DNA from: an uncultured Anaerolineaceae bacterium
Lineage (GTDB): Bacteria; Chloroflexota; Anaerolineae; Anaerolineales; UBA4823
Assembly: GCA_964606085.1 (NCBI GenBank)
Contig: CAZSFD010000014.1
Coordinates: forward strand, 3,469 to 67,468
DNA length: 64,000 nt
Direction of reading: 5' to 3'
The translations under genes were made by a program, and so were the position numbers. Shown here in pieces: positions 53,746 through 62,868 of this stretch (position 1 is its first letter; each line of letters starts with the position of its first letter). Under the pieces are notes generated by a model, which saw only the letters and a program-made list of their open reading frames with translations, ran no database searches and had not been told where the DNA came from.

Positions 53746-54369
53746 ATGAACGAAAACAAACACATTCCCGATATTGTCGTTGGCCGTTTGCCGCTGTACT
53801 TGCGGGCTTTGCAGCAGTTGGCGGCGCACAACCGCCAGGTCACCTCTTCGCAAGAACTCGCTGAACGGTTGGGTTTTTCGGCGGCGCAGATTCGCAAGGA
53901 TTTGTCGCATTTTGGCGAATTTGGCAAGCAAGGCACGGGTTATTCCATTGCTGAGTTGGCGCAGTGCTTACAAAGAATCCTCCACCTCGACCGGGTGTGG
54001 GAGATGGCGGTGGTGGGCGCGGGCGATGTGGGCCACGCCGTGGCACGCTACAATGGCTTTGCCAACCGCGGTTTTCACGTCGCCATGATTTTCGACAGCG
54101 ACCCGGCCAAGATTGGCACGCGCATTGGCGAGTACGTGGTGCAAGACGCCGCCGCCATGCCAGAAGCCATCCGCCAGGCCGGTATTTTGGTGGCGATGAT
54201 TGCCGTTCCCGAAGCATACGCCCAGGCGGTGGCTGATCAACTGGTGAAGGCGGGCATCAAAGCCATTTTGAATTACGCCCCAGTCAGCCTGTCAACCCCG
54301 CCGGGCGTGCAGGTGCAATATATTGACCCCGGTGTCCACTTGCAGAAGATGGCGTATTATCTGGCCTGA
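53746..54369 (+). CDS. rex: Redox-sensing transcriptional repressor Rex
   Basis: Motifs seen: RLPLYLRAL, SSQELAERLG.SAAQIRKDLS.FGEFGKQG.GY, and the Rossmann segment VVGAGDVGHAV. Confidence 0.9.
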   Translation: MNENKHIPDIVVGRLPLYLRALQQLAAHNRQVTSSQELAERLGFSAAQIRKDLSHFGEFGKQGTGYSIAELAQCLQRILHLDRVWEMAVVGAGDVGHAVARYNGFANRGFHVAMIFDSDPAKIGTRIGEYVVQDAAAMPEAIRQAGILVAMIAVPEAYAQAVADQLVKAGIKAILNYAPVSLSTPPGVQVQYIDPGVHLQKMAYYLA

Positions 54370-54391
54370 CCCTATTTCCTCAGGAGGCAAG

Positions 54392-55345
54392 ATGCTTCGT
54401 TCGTTTTTTGTTTACCTCTCGAAAGCCGATTGGGCGCGGCGCATTGTGACGGGCTGGCCGGTGATGCGGCGGGTGGCAACCCGTTTTGTGGCTGGCGACA
54501 CGCTGCAAGATGCCTGCAAGGTGATCGAAGAGCTGAACCGCAAAAACATCCAGGCCACGCTCGATCATCTTGGCGAGAATACCTCCACCATCGAGGAAGC
54601 CCGCCAGGCAGCCAGCGACATCGTCGAAGCCCTCGATACGCTCGAACGCCTGGGCCTGCGCGCCAACGTCTCGGTCAAGTTGACCCAGCTTGGCTTGCGC
54701 CTCGACCCTGCGCTTTGCACCGCTTTGCTGGCTGAGGTTGTCGCGCACGCCCATCACCACGCCAACTTCATCCGCGTAGATATGGAAGACTCCACGGTCA
54801 CGCAAATCACCCTCGACATCGTGCGCCAGGTGCGGCAGCGCGGCTTCGAGAACCTCGGCATCGTCATCCAGGCTTATCTGTATCGCAGCCAGGCCGACAT
54901 CCAGGCGTTGGCTGCCGAAGGGCTGCGCGTGCGTCTGTGCAAAGGGGCCTACAAGGAGCCTGCTGAGGCGGCTTACCCCAAGAAAAGCGATGTAGATGGC
55001 AATTTCGATGCGCTGGCCCGCCTGTTGATAGATGGCGCTGCCCGGCTGCCTGGCCTGAGCGCCGATGGCAAGACGCCGCCCCTGCCCGCCCTGGCCACGC
55101 ACGACGCCCAACGCATTCAGGTTGCCAAAACCTATGCCGCCCAAAGCGGCCTGCCCAAAGAAAAGCTCGAATTTCAAATGCTGCACGGCATCCGCCGCGA
55201 CCTGCAAGAAAGCCTGGCCGCCGAGGGCTACCCGGTGCGGGTGTACGTGCCGTATGGCACGCAGTGGTATCCCTACTTTATGCGCCGGTTGGGAGAACGC
55301 CCGGCCAATGTATGGTTCATCGTCTCCAACTTTTTCAGGAAGTGA
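54392..55345 (+). CDS. Proline dehydrogenase (monofunctional PutA-like)
   Basis: Motifs seen: RFVAGDT, LDHLGE, IRVDMEDS, VRLCKGAY, QMLHGI, VYVPYG. AGGAGG lies upstream of ATG 54392. Confidence 0.85.
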   Translation: MLRSFFVYLSKADWARRIVTGWPVMRRVATRFVAGDTLQDACKVIEELNRKNIQATLDHLGENTSTIEEARQAASDIVEALDTLERLGLRANVSVKLTQLGLRLDPALCTALLAEVVAHAHHHANFIRVDMEDSTVTQITLDIVRQVRQRGFENLGIVIQAYLYRSQADIQALAAEGLRVRLCKGAYKEPAEAAYPKKSDVDGNFDALARLLIDGAARLPGLSADGKTPPLPALATHDAQRIQVAKTYAAQSGLPKEKLEFQMLHGIRRDLQESLAAEGYPVRVYVPYGTQWYPYFMRRLGERPANVWFIVSNFFRK

Positions 55346-55365
55346 ACGATCTCGTGGAAGCCTAA

Positions 55366-56250
55366 ATGACTATCTTTCGCTTGCTTTTCCGCATTATCCA
55401 GCCGCTGGCCCTTTTCTTTTCCACCCTGCTTTATTTGCTCGGCGTGGGCATTGCCCGTTACCTGGGGGCGTTTCTCGATGGCGGCCTGCTGCTGAGCGGG
55501 CTGGTGTGGGTGCTGCTCACGCAGGTTGGCGCGCTTTTTTTGATCGAATACCACACCGCCGTGCTGGCTGCTGCTGCGCCGCGCCGTGCGGAAGATGCCC
55601 CGCCGCATCTCGCCCCGCCGGCGGCGCTGATGGCCGCGGCGGCCTGCCTGACGGCCCTGGCCTCGCTGACGGTGCTGCTGATCCGCCTGGCCGGCTGGCA
55701 GCCGGGCGTTTTTCTGCTGATGCTGTTGGCCTTTGCCGGGGCGTTCTTCTACGCCGCCCCGCCGCGCCGCCTGGCGGCTTCGGGTTATGGCGAGTTGGTG
55801 GTGGTGATCTTGCTGGTCAATTTCATCCCGGCGTTGGCGCTGCTGCTGCAATCGGGCGAATCGCTGCGCCTGGCGGCGATGAGTACCTTCCCGCTCACGC
55901 CGTTGTGCCTGGCGCTGGTGCTGCTCGGCCAGTTGCAAACCTATGCCACCGACCTCAAAGCCGGGCGCACCACGCTGTTGATCCGCATGGGTTGGCAGCG
56001 GGGCATGTTGATGCACAACGTGCTGGTGCTGATGGCCTTCGTGCTGATCGGCCTGGCGGCGGTGATGGGGATGCCCTTTGCCATCATCTGGCCCACATTT
56101 TTGCTCATCCCCGTGGGCGGCTGGCAGGTGTGGCAGATGAACCGCATCGCTGACGGGGCCAAGCCCAACTGGCGCGCCATGCTGCTCGGGGGGCAACTGC
56201 TGATCGGTATGATCGCCTATTTGTTGGCTTATGGTTTCTGGATTCGTTAA
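55366..56250 (+). CDS. Polytopic membrane protein with weak UbiA-prenyltransferase resemblance
   Basis: About 8-9 helices. TYATDLKAGRTTLLIRMG resembles the second UbiA motif (D...D..G..TL). I see no clear first N..D...D motif. Confidence 0.5.
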   Translation: MTIFRLLFRIIQPLALFFSTLLYLLGVGIARYLGAFLDGGLLLSGLVWVLLTQVGALFLIEYHTAVLAAAAPRRAEDAPPHLAPPAALMAAAACLTALASLTVLLIRLAGWQPGVFLLMLLAFAGAFFYAAPPRRLAASGYGELVVVILLVNFIPALALLLQSGESLRLAAMSTFPLTPLCLALVLLGQLQTYATDLKAGRTTLLIRMGWQRGMLMHNVLVLMAFVLIGLAAVMGMPFAIIWPTFLLIPVGGWQVWQMNRIADGAKPNWRAMLLGGQLLIGMIAYLLAYGFWIR

Positions 56251-57479
56251 TGCCTGAATTTCTGTCGCTGCTCTCCCCCGCCGTGGCCCGCCAACGCTGG
56301 TTGGCCGCCTGGCAGCCGCACCCACAGGCTGAGAATGTGCCGCTGGTCGAGGCCCTGGGCCGCGTGGCCGCCGCGCCGATCCCTGCCCCACACCCGCTGC
56401 CCGAGTTTGCCCGCGCCACTGTAGATGGCTACGCCGTGCGCGCTGCCGATACCTATGGCGCCTCCGACAGCCTGCCGGCTTACCTGAACTTGCGCGGCGA
56501 AATTGGCATGGGCGCGGCCCCTGCTTTTGCCTTGCAGCCAGCCGAATGCGCCCTGATCCACACCGGCGGCATGTTGCCCGGCGCGGCTGATGCGGTGGTG
56601 ATGGTCGAGCATACTCAGGCGGCCCGGCCCGGCGAAATTGAAATCCAGCGGGCGGTGGCTGTGGGCGAGAACGTGATTCAGGCGGGCGAGGACGTGGCCG
56701 CTGGCGAGATGGTGATTGCCGCGGGGGTACGCCTGCGCCCGGCAGAGATCGGTGGGCTGGCGGCGCTGGGCCTGGTCAATGTGGCTGTGGCGCGCCGCCC
56801 GCGGGTGGGCATCCTGTCGAGCGGCGACGAAGTCATCCCTGCCCAGGCCCGCCCTGCGCCTGGGCAGGTGCGCGACGTCAACACGCACACCCTGGCCGCC
56901 CTGATCACGCAGCATGGCGGGCTGCCGGTGAGTTATGGCATCGTGCCTGACCAACTGGAGGCGTTGTCGGCCGCTGCCGCCCGCGCCCTGGCCGAGTGCG
57001 ACCTCGTCGTCGTCACGGCGGGTTCATCGGCCAGCACGCGTGATCTCACCGCTGAGGCGATCAACCGCCTGGGTGTGCCAGGTGTGCTGGTGCATGGCGT
57101 CAACGTGCGGCCTGGCAAGCCGACCATTTTGGCGGTCTGCCAGGGCAAGCCGCTGATCGGGCTGCCCGGCAACCCGGTCAGTGCGCTGGTGATTGCCGAT
57201 CTGTTCGTACGCCCGGCAGTGGAGGCCTGTTTGGGCCTCACGCCGCGCCCTCAATCCGTCGTTTCTGCCCGCCTGACGCTCAACCTGTCCTCGCAGGCTG
57301 GCCGCGAAGATTGGATTCCCGTGCGTTTGCTGCCTGACCCGGCTGGTTACCAGGCCGAGCCGATCTTCGGCAAGAGCAATCTCATCTTCACCCTCGCCCG
57401 CGCCGATGGCTTGATCGGCATCCCGGCAGATGCTACTGGTTTGCCTGCCGGTGAAATGGTTGCGGTGTGGTTGTTATGA
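56250..57479 (+). CDS. moeA: Molybdopterin molybdenumtransferase MoeA
   Basis: Motifs seen: ATVDGYAVRAADT, IHTGGMLP, SSGDE, VVTAGSSAS, GLPGNPVSA. The TAATG junction overlaps the upstream gene. Confidence 0.9.
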   Translation: MPEFLSLLSPAVARQRWLAAWQPHPQAENVPLVEALGRVAAAPIPAPHPLPEFARATVDGYAVRAADTYGASDSLPAYLNLRGEIGMGAAPAFALQPAECALIHTGGMLPGAADAVVMVEHTQAARPGEIEIQRAVAVGENVIQAGEDVAAGEMVIAAGVRLRPAEIGGLAALGLVNVAVARRPRVGILSSGDEVIPAQARPAPGQVRDVNTHTLAALITQHGGLPVSYGIVPDQLEALSAAAARALAECDLVVVTAGSSASTRDLTAEAINRLGVPGVLVHGVNVRPGKPTILAVCQGKPLIGLPGNPVSALVIADLFVRPAVEACLGLTPRPQSVVSARLTLNLSSQAGREDWIPVRLLPDPAGYQAEPIFGKSNLIFTLARADGLIGIPADATGLPAGEMVAVWLL

Positions 57480-57853
57480 ACCTCTGCCTGCTGCCATCTC
57501 GCTTCTCCATTTACCGCCTCGACCCGGCTGCGCCGCTTCCCGTATGGGCGGTTGGCGAACTGGTGTCGCTGACGCGCACGGCAGATGAGCTTTCGGTGGT
57601 TTGCGCGGCTGACGCCGCGCCGTCGGGTGTGCGGGCGGAAAGCGGCTGGCGCGCTTTCAAGGTGCTTGGCCCGCTCGATTTCGCCCTGGTCGGTATCCTG
57701 GCGCAGCTTGCGGGTGTGTTGGCGCAGGCGGGGGTCAGCCTGTTTGCCATTTCCACCTATGATACCGATTACATCCTGGTCAAAGAAGATATGCTTGGTC
57801 GTGCGCTGGCCGCTTTGCGCGAAGCTGGGAACGAAGTGACGGTGCCAGGGTGA
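57476..57853 (+). CDS. ACT-domain protein (ACT_7/CASTOR-like)
   Basis: Motifs seen: WRAFKVLGPLDFALVGILAQLAGVLAQAGVSLFAISTYDTDYILV. ATGA overlap with the moeA stop. Confidence 0.65.
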   Translation: MNLCLLPSRFSIYRLDPAAPLPVWAVGELVSLTRTADELSVVCAADAAPSGVRAESGWRAFKVLGPLDFALVGILAQLAGVLAQAGVSLFAISTYDTDYILVKEDMLGRALAALREAGNEVTVPG

Positions 57854-57867
57854 GCGGGCAATCGCCG

Positions 57868-58178
57868 GTGGGCGGATCGGTGATGCCTGGTGCTGTCGGG
57901 CGGATCGGTGATGCCCAATGGCCGCCCGGCGATAAATCGCCGGGTTAGTGAGCGGCGCCCGCTGAAGCGGGCTGAAAGCCGGTTTTGAACCGGCGCTGTG
58001 GGTAGCCCGGACATTCATGTCCGGGCGGGCGTGATGCCGCCCGGGCGGATCGGTGACGCCCAATGGCCGCCCGGCGATAAATCGCCGGGCTAGTGAGCGG
58101 TGCCCGCTGAAGCGGGCTGAAAGCCGGTTTTGAACCGGCGCTGTGGGTAGCCCGGACATTCATGTCCGAGCGGGCGTG
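57868..58178. repeat. Tandem ~145-bp multi-hairpin element, about 2.2 copies
   Basis: Copy 1 starts at 57898 and copy 2 at 58043, with about 4 mismatches by eye. A partial leading copy lies at 57871-57888. Each unit contains CCCGGCGATAAATCGCCGGG, GCCCGCTGAAGCGGGC, GCCGGTTTTGAACCGGC and GCCCGGACATTCATGTCCGGGC hairpins. Confidence 0.9.
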
Positions 58179-58204
58179 AAATATCAGAGAAAGGAGATTC
58201 CGCT

Positions 58205-58777
58205 ATGTCTACTGTTCCCCTGACGGCTGAAGAGCGCCAATTTTTGCTCACGCTGGCGCGCCAATCGCTGGAGGCGGGTGTGCGCGGCCAGCCCTTGCCC
58301 GAACTCAACCTGCCGGCCCTTTCGCCCACCTTACGCGAGACCGGCGCGGCATTTGTTACGCTAACCAAAGGCGGCCAACTGCGCGGCTGCATTGGCGCGA
58401 TTGAACCCTACCAACCTCTGGCTGAAGATGTGCGCGAACACGCCGTTGCTGCCGCCCTCGACGATTACCGCTTTGCCCCCGTCCAGCCTGGCGAACTGCC
58501 GCACATTGCTATCGAAATCTCCCGCCTGACCGCGCCACAGCCGCTTGATTACACCGACGCCGATGACCTGCTGCGCAAGCTGCGCCCCGGCGTGGATGGC
58601 GTGGTGCTGCGCGATGGCCCGCGCCGGGCCACCTTTTTGCCGCAAGTGTGGGAGAAAATCCCCGCTGTGGCGGATTTTTTGGGGTATTTGTGTGAGAAGA
58701 TGAATGCCCCCTCCGATTTATGGCGGCGCAAAAAAATAGAAGTGCTGACCTATCAGGTCGAAGAATTTCACGAATAA
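58205..58777 (+). CDS. AMMECR1-domain protein (AmmeMemoRadiSam system protein A-like)
   Basis: Motifs seen: GAAFVTLTKGGQLRGCIG and RATFLPQVWE. GGAGA lies upstream of the ATG. Confidence 0.85.
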   Translation: MSTVPLTAEERQFLLTLARQSLEAGVRGQPLPELNLPALSPTLRETGAAFVTLTKGGQLRGCIGAIEPYQPLAEDVREHAVAAALDDYRFAPVQPGELPHIAIEISRLTAPQPLDYTDADDLLRKLRPGVDGVVLRDGPRRATFLPQVWEKIPAVADFLGYLCEKMNAPSDLWRRKKIEVLTYQVEEFHE

Positions 58778-58792
58778 ACTGGACGAAAGAAA

Positions 58793-60964
58793 ATGTGGAC
58801 ACTTACCGAAACAACCTTTGATCCCCACAAACAGCATCACCACGAAACGATTTTCACCATTGGCAACGGCTACCTGTGTACCCGCGGCGCTTTTGAAGAA
58901 GGCTACCCCGACGACCGGCGTGCTACCTTCGTGCATGGCGTGTTCGACGCCGTGCCGATCGTCTTCACCGAGCTTGCCAACGCCCCCGATTGGCTGCCGC
59001 TGACGGTCTGGCTGGATGGCGAGCGCTTTTCGCTTGCCTCCGGCCAGGTGGAGGCCTACCAGCGCTCGCTCGACCTGCGCACGGGCGTGTTGAAGCGCTC
59101 GTTGCGTTGGGTCTCGCCGGGCGGCAAGGCGGCCACGCTCACCTTCGAGCGTTTCGCCTCGCTGGCCGACGAACACGCCCTGCTGCTGCGCTGCACGGTC
59201 ACGCCTGAATTTGCCGGAAGCGTGGAAGTGCGCGCCGCCCTGAACGGCAACACCGATAACGAAGGCGTGGCCCACTGGCGGCACGTGGCCCAGGGGCGCA
59301 CGGACGATGCCATCTACCTGCACAATCGCACGCGCCAATCAGGCATCGAACTGGCTTGCGCCATGCGTCTGAGCGGCGCTGGCGGCGGGCCGCAATCGGC
59401 GGCCTTTTGGGATGTGGAGAATACGCCTACCCAGGTGTTGACGTTTGCCGCACGGCCCGGTGAAACGATCACGGTAGATAAATTGATCGCCGTGGCTACC
59501 TCGCGTGAATGTGCCGACCCGCTGGCCGCGGCGCTTCAGCACGTCGCGGCGATTGGCGACTGGCCCACGCACCGGGCCGCTCACGCTGCCGCCTGGGAAG
59601 CCGAATGGCAGCGCAGCGACGTGACCATCGCAGGCGACGATGAAGCCCAGTTGGCCGTGCGTTTCAGTCTGTTTCACCTGTTGATCGCCGCGCCGCGCCG
59701 CCCGGGGGCGGATGTCAACATCGGGGCCAAGACGCTTTCGGGCTTTGGCTATCGCGGCCATGCCTTTTGGGATACCGAGATTTTCATGCTGCCGGTGTTC
59801 ACCTTCACCGCCCCGCACATTGCCAAAAACCTGCTCGATTACCGCTATCAGCGTCTGCCCGCTTCACGGGCCAAAGCGCAGGCCGCCGGTTACGAGGGCG
59901 CCTGGTTTGCCTGGGAAAGCGCCGAGACCGGCGAAGAGGTGACGCCAACGTGGATTCCCGATTTTCGCGACCGCACCAGGCTTGCCCGCGTCTGGACGGG
60001 TGACCTGGCGATCCACATCTCTGCTGATGTGGCCTATGGCGCGTATCAATACTGGCGGCTGACCGGCGATGATGCCTGGCTGATCGCACGCGGGGCTGAG
60101 TTGATCCTCGATACCGCCAGGTTTTGGGCCTCGCGCGCCGAATGGGATGCCGAGCGGCAAGGCTATGGCTATCGCGATGTGATCGGCCCGGACGAAAACC
60201 ACGATCATGTGAACAACAACGCCTACACCAATCACCTGGCGCGCTGGAACCTGCAAACTGCGCTGGATGTGTTCGCCTGGCTGCAACGGCATGACGAACA
60301 GCAAGCCGCCCGCCTGGGCCAACTACTCGACCTGACCCCCGCACGCCTGGCGCACTGGCAGGATGTCATCGAAAAATTGATTTTGCACCAATCCCCCGCC
60401 GGCCTGATCGAACAGTTCGACGGTTTCTTCGCCCTCCACGATGTCAACCTGCGCGACTACGAACCGCGCACCCGCTCGATGCAAGAGATTTTCGGCATCG
60501 AGGAAGCCAACCATTATCAGGCGCTCAAGCAACCCGATGTGCTGATGGTGCAATATCTGCTCCACGACCAGTTCGATGATGCCGCCATGCGCATCAACTA
60601 CGATTACTACACCCCGCGCACCGACCACACCTACGGTTCATCGTTGGGACCATCCATCCAGGCCATCGTGGCCTGCCGCATGGGCGACGTGGACGATGCC
60701 TACGAACACTTCATCCGCGCCGCCCGCGCCGACCTGCGCGACGTGCGCGGCAATGCCGGTGATGGCATTCACGCGGCTTCGGCGGGTGGCACCTGGCAGG
60801 CGGTGGTTTTTGGCTTCGCCGGGCTGCAAGTTCACGCCGATGGTTGGACGGTGACACCGCACTTGCCCAAGGGCTGGCGGCGCGTGGCTTTTCGGTTTAT
60901 GTACCGCGGCCAGTGGCAGGATGTGGTGGTCGAAAATGAACCGGTTCCCGGGGATTTGTCGTGA
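58793..60964 (+). CDS. Glycoside hydrolase family 65 (disaccharide phosphorylase/hydrolase)
   Basis: Motifs seen: ETIFTIGNGYLCTRGAFEE, GFGYRGHAFWDTEIF, VIGPDENHDHVNNNAYTN, YTPRTDHTYGSSL. Confidence 0.9.
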   Translation: MWTLTETTFDPHKQHHHETIFTIGNGYLCTRGAFEEGYPDDRRATFVHGVFDAVPIVFTELANAPDWLPLTVWLDGERFSLASGQVEAYQRSLDLRTGVLKRSLRWVSPGGKAATLTFERFASLADEHALLLRCTVTPEFAGSVEVRAALNGNTDNEGVAHWRHVAQGRTDDAIYLHNRTRQSGIELACAMRLSGAGGGPQSAAFWDVENTPTQVLTFAARPGETITVDKLIAVATSRECADPLAAALQHVAAIGDWPTHRAAHAAAWEAEWQRSDVTIAGDDEAQLAVRFSLFHLLIAAPRRPGADVNIGAKTLSGFGYRGHAFWDTEIFMLPVFTFTAPHIAKNLLDYRYQRLPASRAKAQAAGYEGAWFAWESAETGEEVTPTWIPDFRDRTRLARVWTGDLAIHISADVAYGAYQYWRLTGDDAWLIARGAELILDTARFWASRAEWDAERQGYGYRDVIGPDENHDHVNNNAYTNHLARWNLQTALDVFAWLQRHDEQQAARLGQLLDLTPARLAHWQDVIEKLILHQSPAGLIEQFDGFFALHDVNLRDYEPRTRSMQEIFGIEEANHYQALKQPDVLMVQYLLHDQFDDAAMRINYDYYTPRTDHTYGSSLGPSIQAIVACRMGDVDDAYEHFIRAARADLRDVRGNAGDGIHAASAGGTWQAVVFGFAGLQVHADGWTVTPHLPKGWRRVAFRFMYRGQWQDVVVENEPVPGDLS

Positions 60965-61012
60965 TGGACTGCAAGATACGTTTCAAGATAAACCACGCAT
61001 CGCACGCATTGA

Positions 61013-61056
61013 CACGAATAAAAGCCAAAAATTCGTGTAGGTTCGTTTTATTCGTG
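61013..61056 (+). terminator. Hairpin downstream of the GH65 gene
   Basis: CACGAATAAAA (61013-61023) pairs with TTTTATTCGTG (61046-61056). Alternative pairing uses ATTCGTG at 61031-61037. Confidence 0.45.
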
Positions 61057-61125
61057 GTTGGGACAGCGTGTAATTGGGATTGCTGGCGTCGAAATGGGGG
61101 TAAAATTTGAGCAGGAGAAGCTACC

Positions 61126-61653
61126 ATGGAACGAAAATCTATCTCACTCGAACAACTCACCACCCGCCCGGTTGGCCTTTGGGAACCGGGCTGGTTCTTG
61201 TTAACCAGCGGCGATTTCGCCGCCGGGCAATTCAACGCCATGACGGTTTCGTGGGGCGGCATGGGGGTTTTGTGGAATAAGCCGGTGGTGCAGGTGGTGG
61301 TACGCCCACAGCGCTACACCTTCCAATTTATGGAGCAATACCCCACGTTTACGCTGTGCGCCTTCCCGCCAGAATACCGCGCCGCCCTCAACCTGCTTGG
61401 CACGAAGTCGGGCCGCGAGGGGGATAAAATCCGCGAGGCTGGCCTGATGCCGGTTGCCTCGGGTGCCGTCCCCGCCCCGGCCTATGCCGAAGCCGAACTG
61501 GTCTTCTGTTGCCGCAAAATCTACTGGCAAGACCTCGACCCCGAACACTTCCTCGACCCCGCCATAGACCGCAACTACCCCCGCCGCGACTATCACCGTG
61601 CCTATTTCGGCGAAATCGTGGCGGCCTTTGGCACATCAAACTTCGCCGAATGA
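61126..61653 (+). CDS. Flavin reductase-like (FMN-binding split-barrel) protein
   Basis: FNAMTVSWGGMG...VVRPQRYT pattern of flavoredoxin-like proteins. GGAGAAG lies upstream of the ATG. Confidence 0.7.
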   Translation: MERKSISLEQLTTRPVGLWEPGWFLLTSGDFAAGQFNAMTVSWGGMGVLWNKPVVQVVVRPQRYTFQFMEQYPTFTLCAFPPEYRAALNLLGTKSGREGDKIREAGLMPVASGAVPAPAYAEAELVFCCRKIYWQDLDPEHFLDPAIDRNYPRRDYHRAYFGEIVAAFGTSNFAE

Positions 61654-61722
61654 CGAATACCGGTTCACGTTGATCGTAAATCGGTATTCGTATGCGTAAA
61701 TCTACCCTCAGGAGTTTCCCCC

Positions 61723-62757
61723 ATGTCCCCCTATCGCGTTGGCATCATTGGCTGCGGCCGCCCGTGGAAGGCCGATGGCTCGACCGGTTTTGGCATGTCG
61801 CGGGCGCACGCCCGCGGCTACAACCGCTCACCTGACTGCAAAATCGTCGCTTTGGCCGACATCAAGCTCGAAAACGCCCAGGCTTTCCAGGCTGAGTTGG
61901 GCGGCGATACACTTTACACCGATTACCGCGAGATGCTTGCCAAAGAGAATCTCGACATCGTCAGCATCTCGGTTTGGACGCGCCTGCACAAAGAGATGGT
62001 GCTGGCCGCTGCCGAAGCCGGGGTGAAGGCCATTCACTGCGAAAAGCCCATCGCGGCCAATTTTGGTGACGCCAAAGCGATGGTGCAGGCGTGCGAAAGC
62101 CGCGGCATCCAACTGACGTTCAATCACCAGCGCCGTTTCGACAGCGAGTTCCGCAAGGTGCGCGAACTCTACCAATCGGGCGTGATCGGCAAGCTCGAAC
62201 GCATGGAAGCGCGCTGCCCCGATATGTTCGACTGGGGCACGCACTGGTTCGATATGCTCTTCTTCTACAACGACGAAACCCCGGTGGAATGGGTGATCGC
62301 CCAGGTGGAGCCGCGCGGCGGGCATGATGTCTTCGCCGTCTACATGGAAGAACAGGGCATCAGCCATTTCAAGTATGCCAATGGCGTCCTCGGCACGCTC
62401 TACACCGGCCACACCGATCATTGGGATGCCTACAACCGGCTGGTTGGCGAGAACGGCACCATCGAACTGAACATGACCCGCAACCCGCAGGTGCGTTACT
62501 GGGCCAAAGGCATGACCGACTGGCAGGATGTTGCCACCGAAAAGGTGGAAGCCGTCGAGCTGGGCGTCCTCGACCTGGTAGATGCCCTCCAGACCGGCCG
62601 CGAGCCAGAGCTTTCGGGCGCGCGTGCCTTGCGCGCCACCGAGATGATCTTTGCCACCTACGAATCCAGCCGCCGCCACGGGCGCGTCGAACTCCCCCTC
62701 GACATCGAAGACAACCCGCTCGATGCGTTGGTCAAGATGGTAGCAAGTGGCAGGTAG
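61723..62757 (+). CDS. Gfo/Idh/MocA family oxidoreductase
   Basis: Motifs seen: YRVGIIGCGR, HCEKPIA, and a C-terminal alpha/beta domain. The stop TAG (62755-62757) lies inside the repeat arm. Confidence 0.9.
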   Translation: MSPYRVGIIGCGRPWKADGSTGFGMSRAHARGYNRSPDCKIVALADIKLENAQAFQAELGGDTLYTDYREMLAKENLDIVSISVWTRLHKEMVLAAAEAGVKAIHCEKPIAANFGDAKAMVQACESRGIQLTFNHQRRFDSEFRKVRELYQSGVIGKLERMEARCPDMFDWGTHWFDMLFFYNDETPVEWVIAQVEPRGGHDVFAVYMEEQGISHFKYANGVLGTLYTGHTDHWDAYNRLVGENGTIELNMTRNPQVRYWAKGMTDWQDVATEKVEAVELGVLDLVDALQTGREPELSGARALRATEMIFATYESSRRHGRVELPLDIEDNPLDALVKMVASGR

Positions 62758-62868
62758 CAGGTCAACCCTGCCCCCCTCCCCCCTGCCTCCTGCTAACTGC
62801 CCACTGCTAACTGCTCCCTGCTCCCCGCTCCCATGCTCCCTCCCTCCCCCGCTCCCTCCCCCCGTCTC
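62743..62868. repeat. GCAGGTN-family repeat hairpin plus C/T-rich tract spanning a stop codon and the next start codon
   Basis: GCAAGTGGCAGGTAGCAGG (62743-62761) pairs imperfectly (15 of 19) with CCTGCTAACTGCCCACTGC (62789-62807). CTGCTMM and CTCCC repeats follow up to 62868. Confidence 0.7.

Noticed and set aside
55273-56391. 372-aa minus-strand ORF (Arg/Gln/His-rich) opposite the UbiA-like gene
   Set aside because: Its composition is typical of an antisense reading of a GC-rich membrane-protein gene, and it has no motifs.
57868-58178. Possible CRISPR array
   Set aside because: The repeats are 145 bp and directly abutting, with no unique spacers. No cas genes are present in the window.
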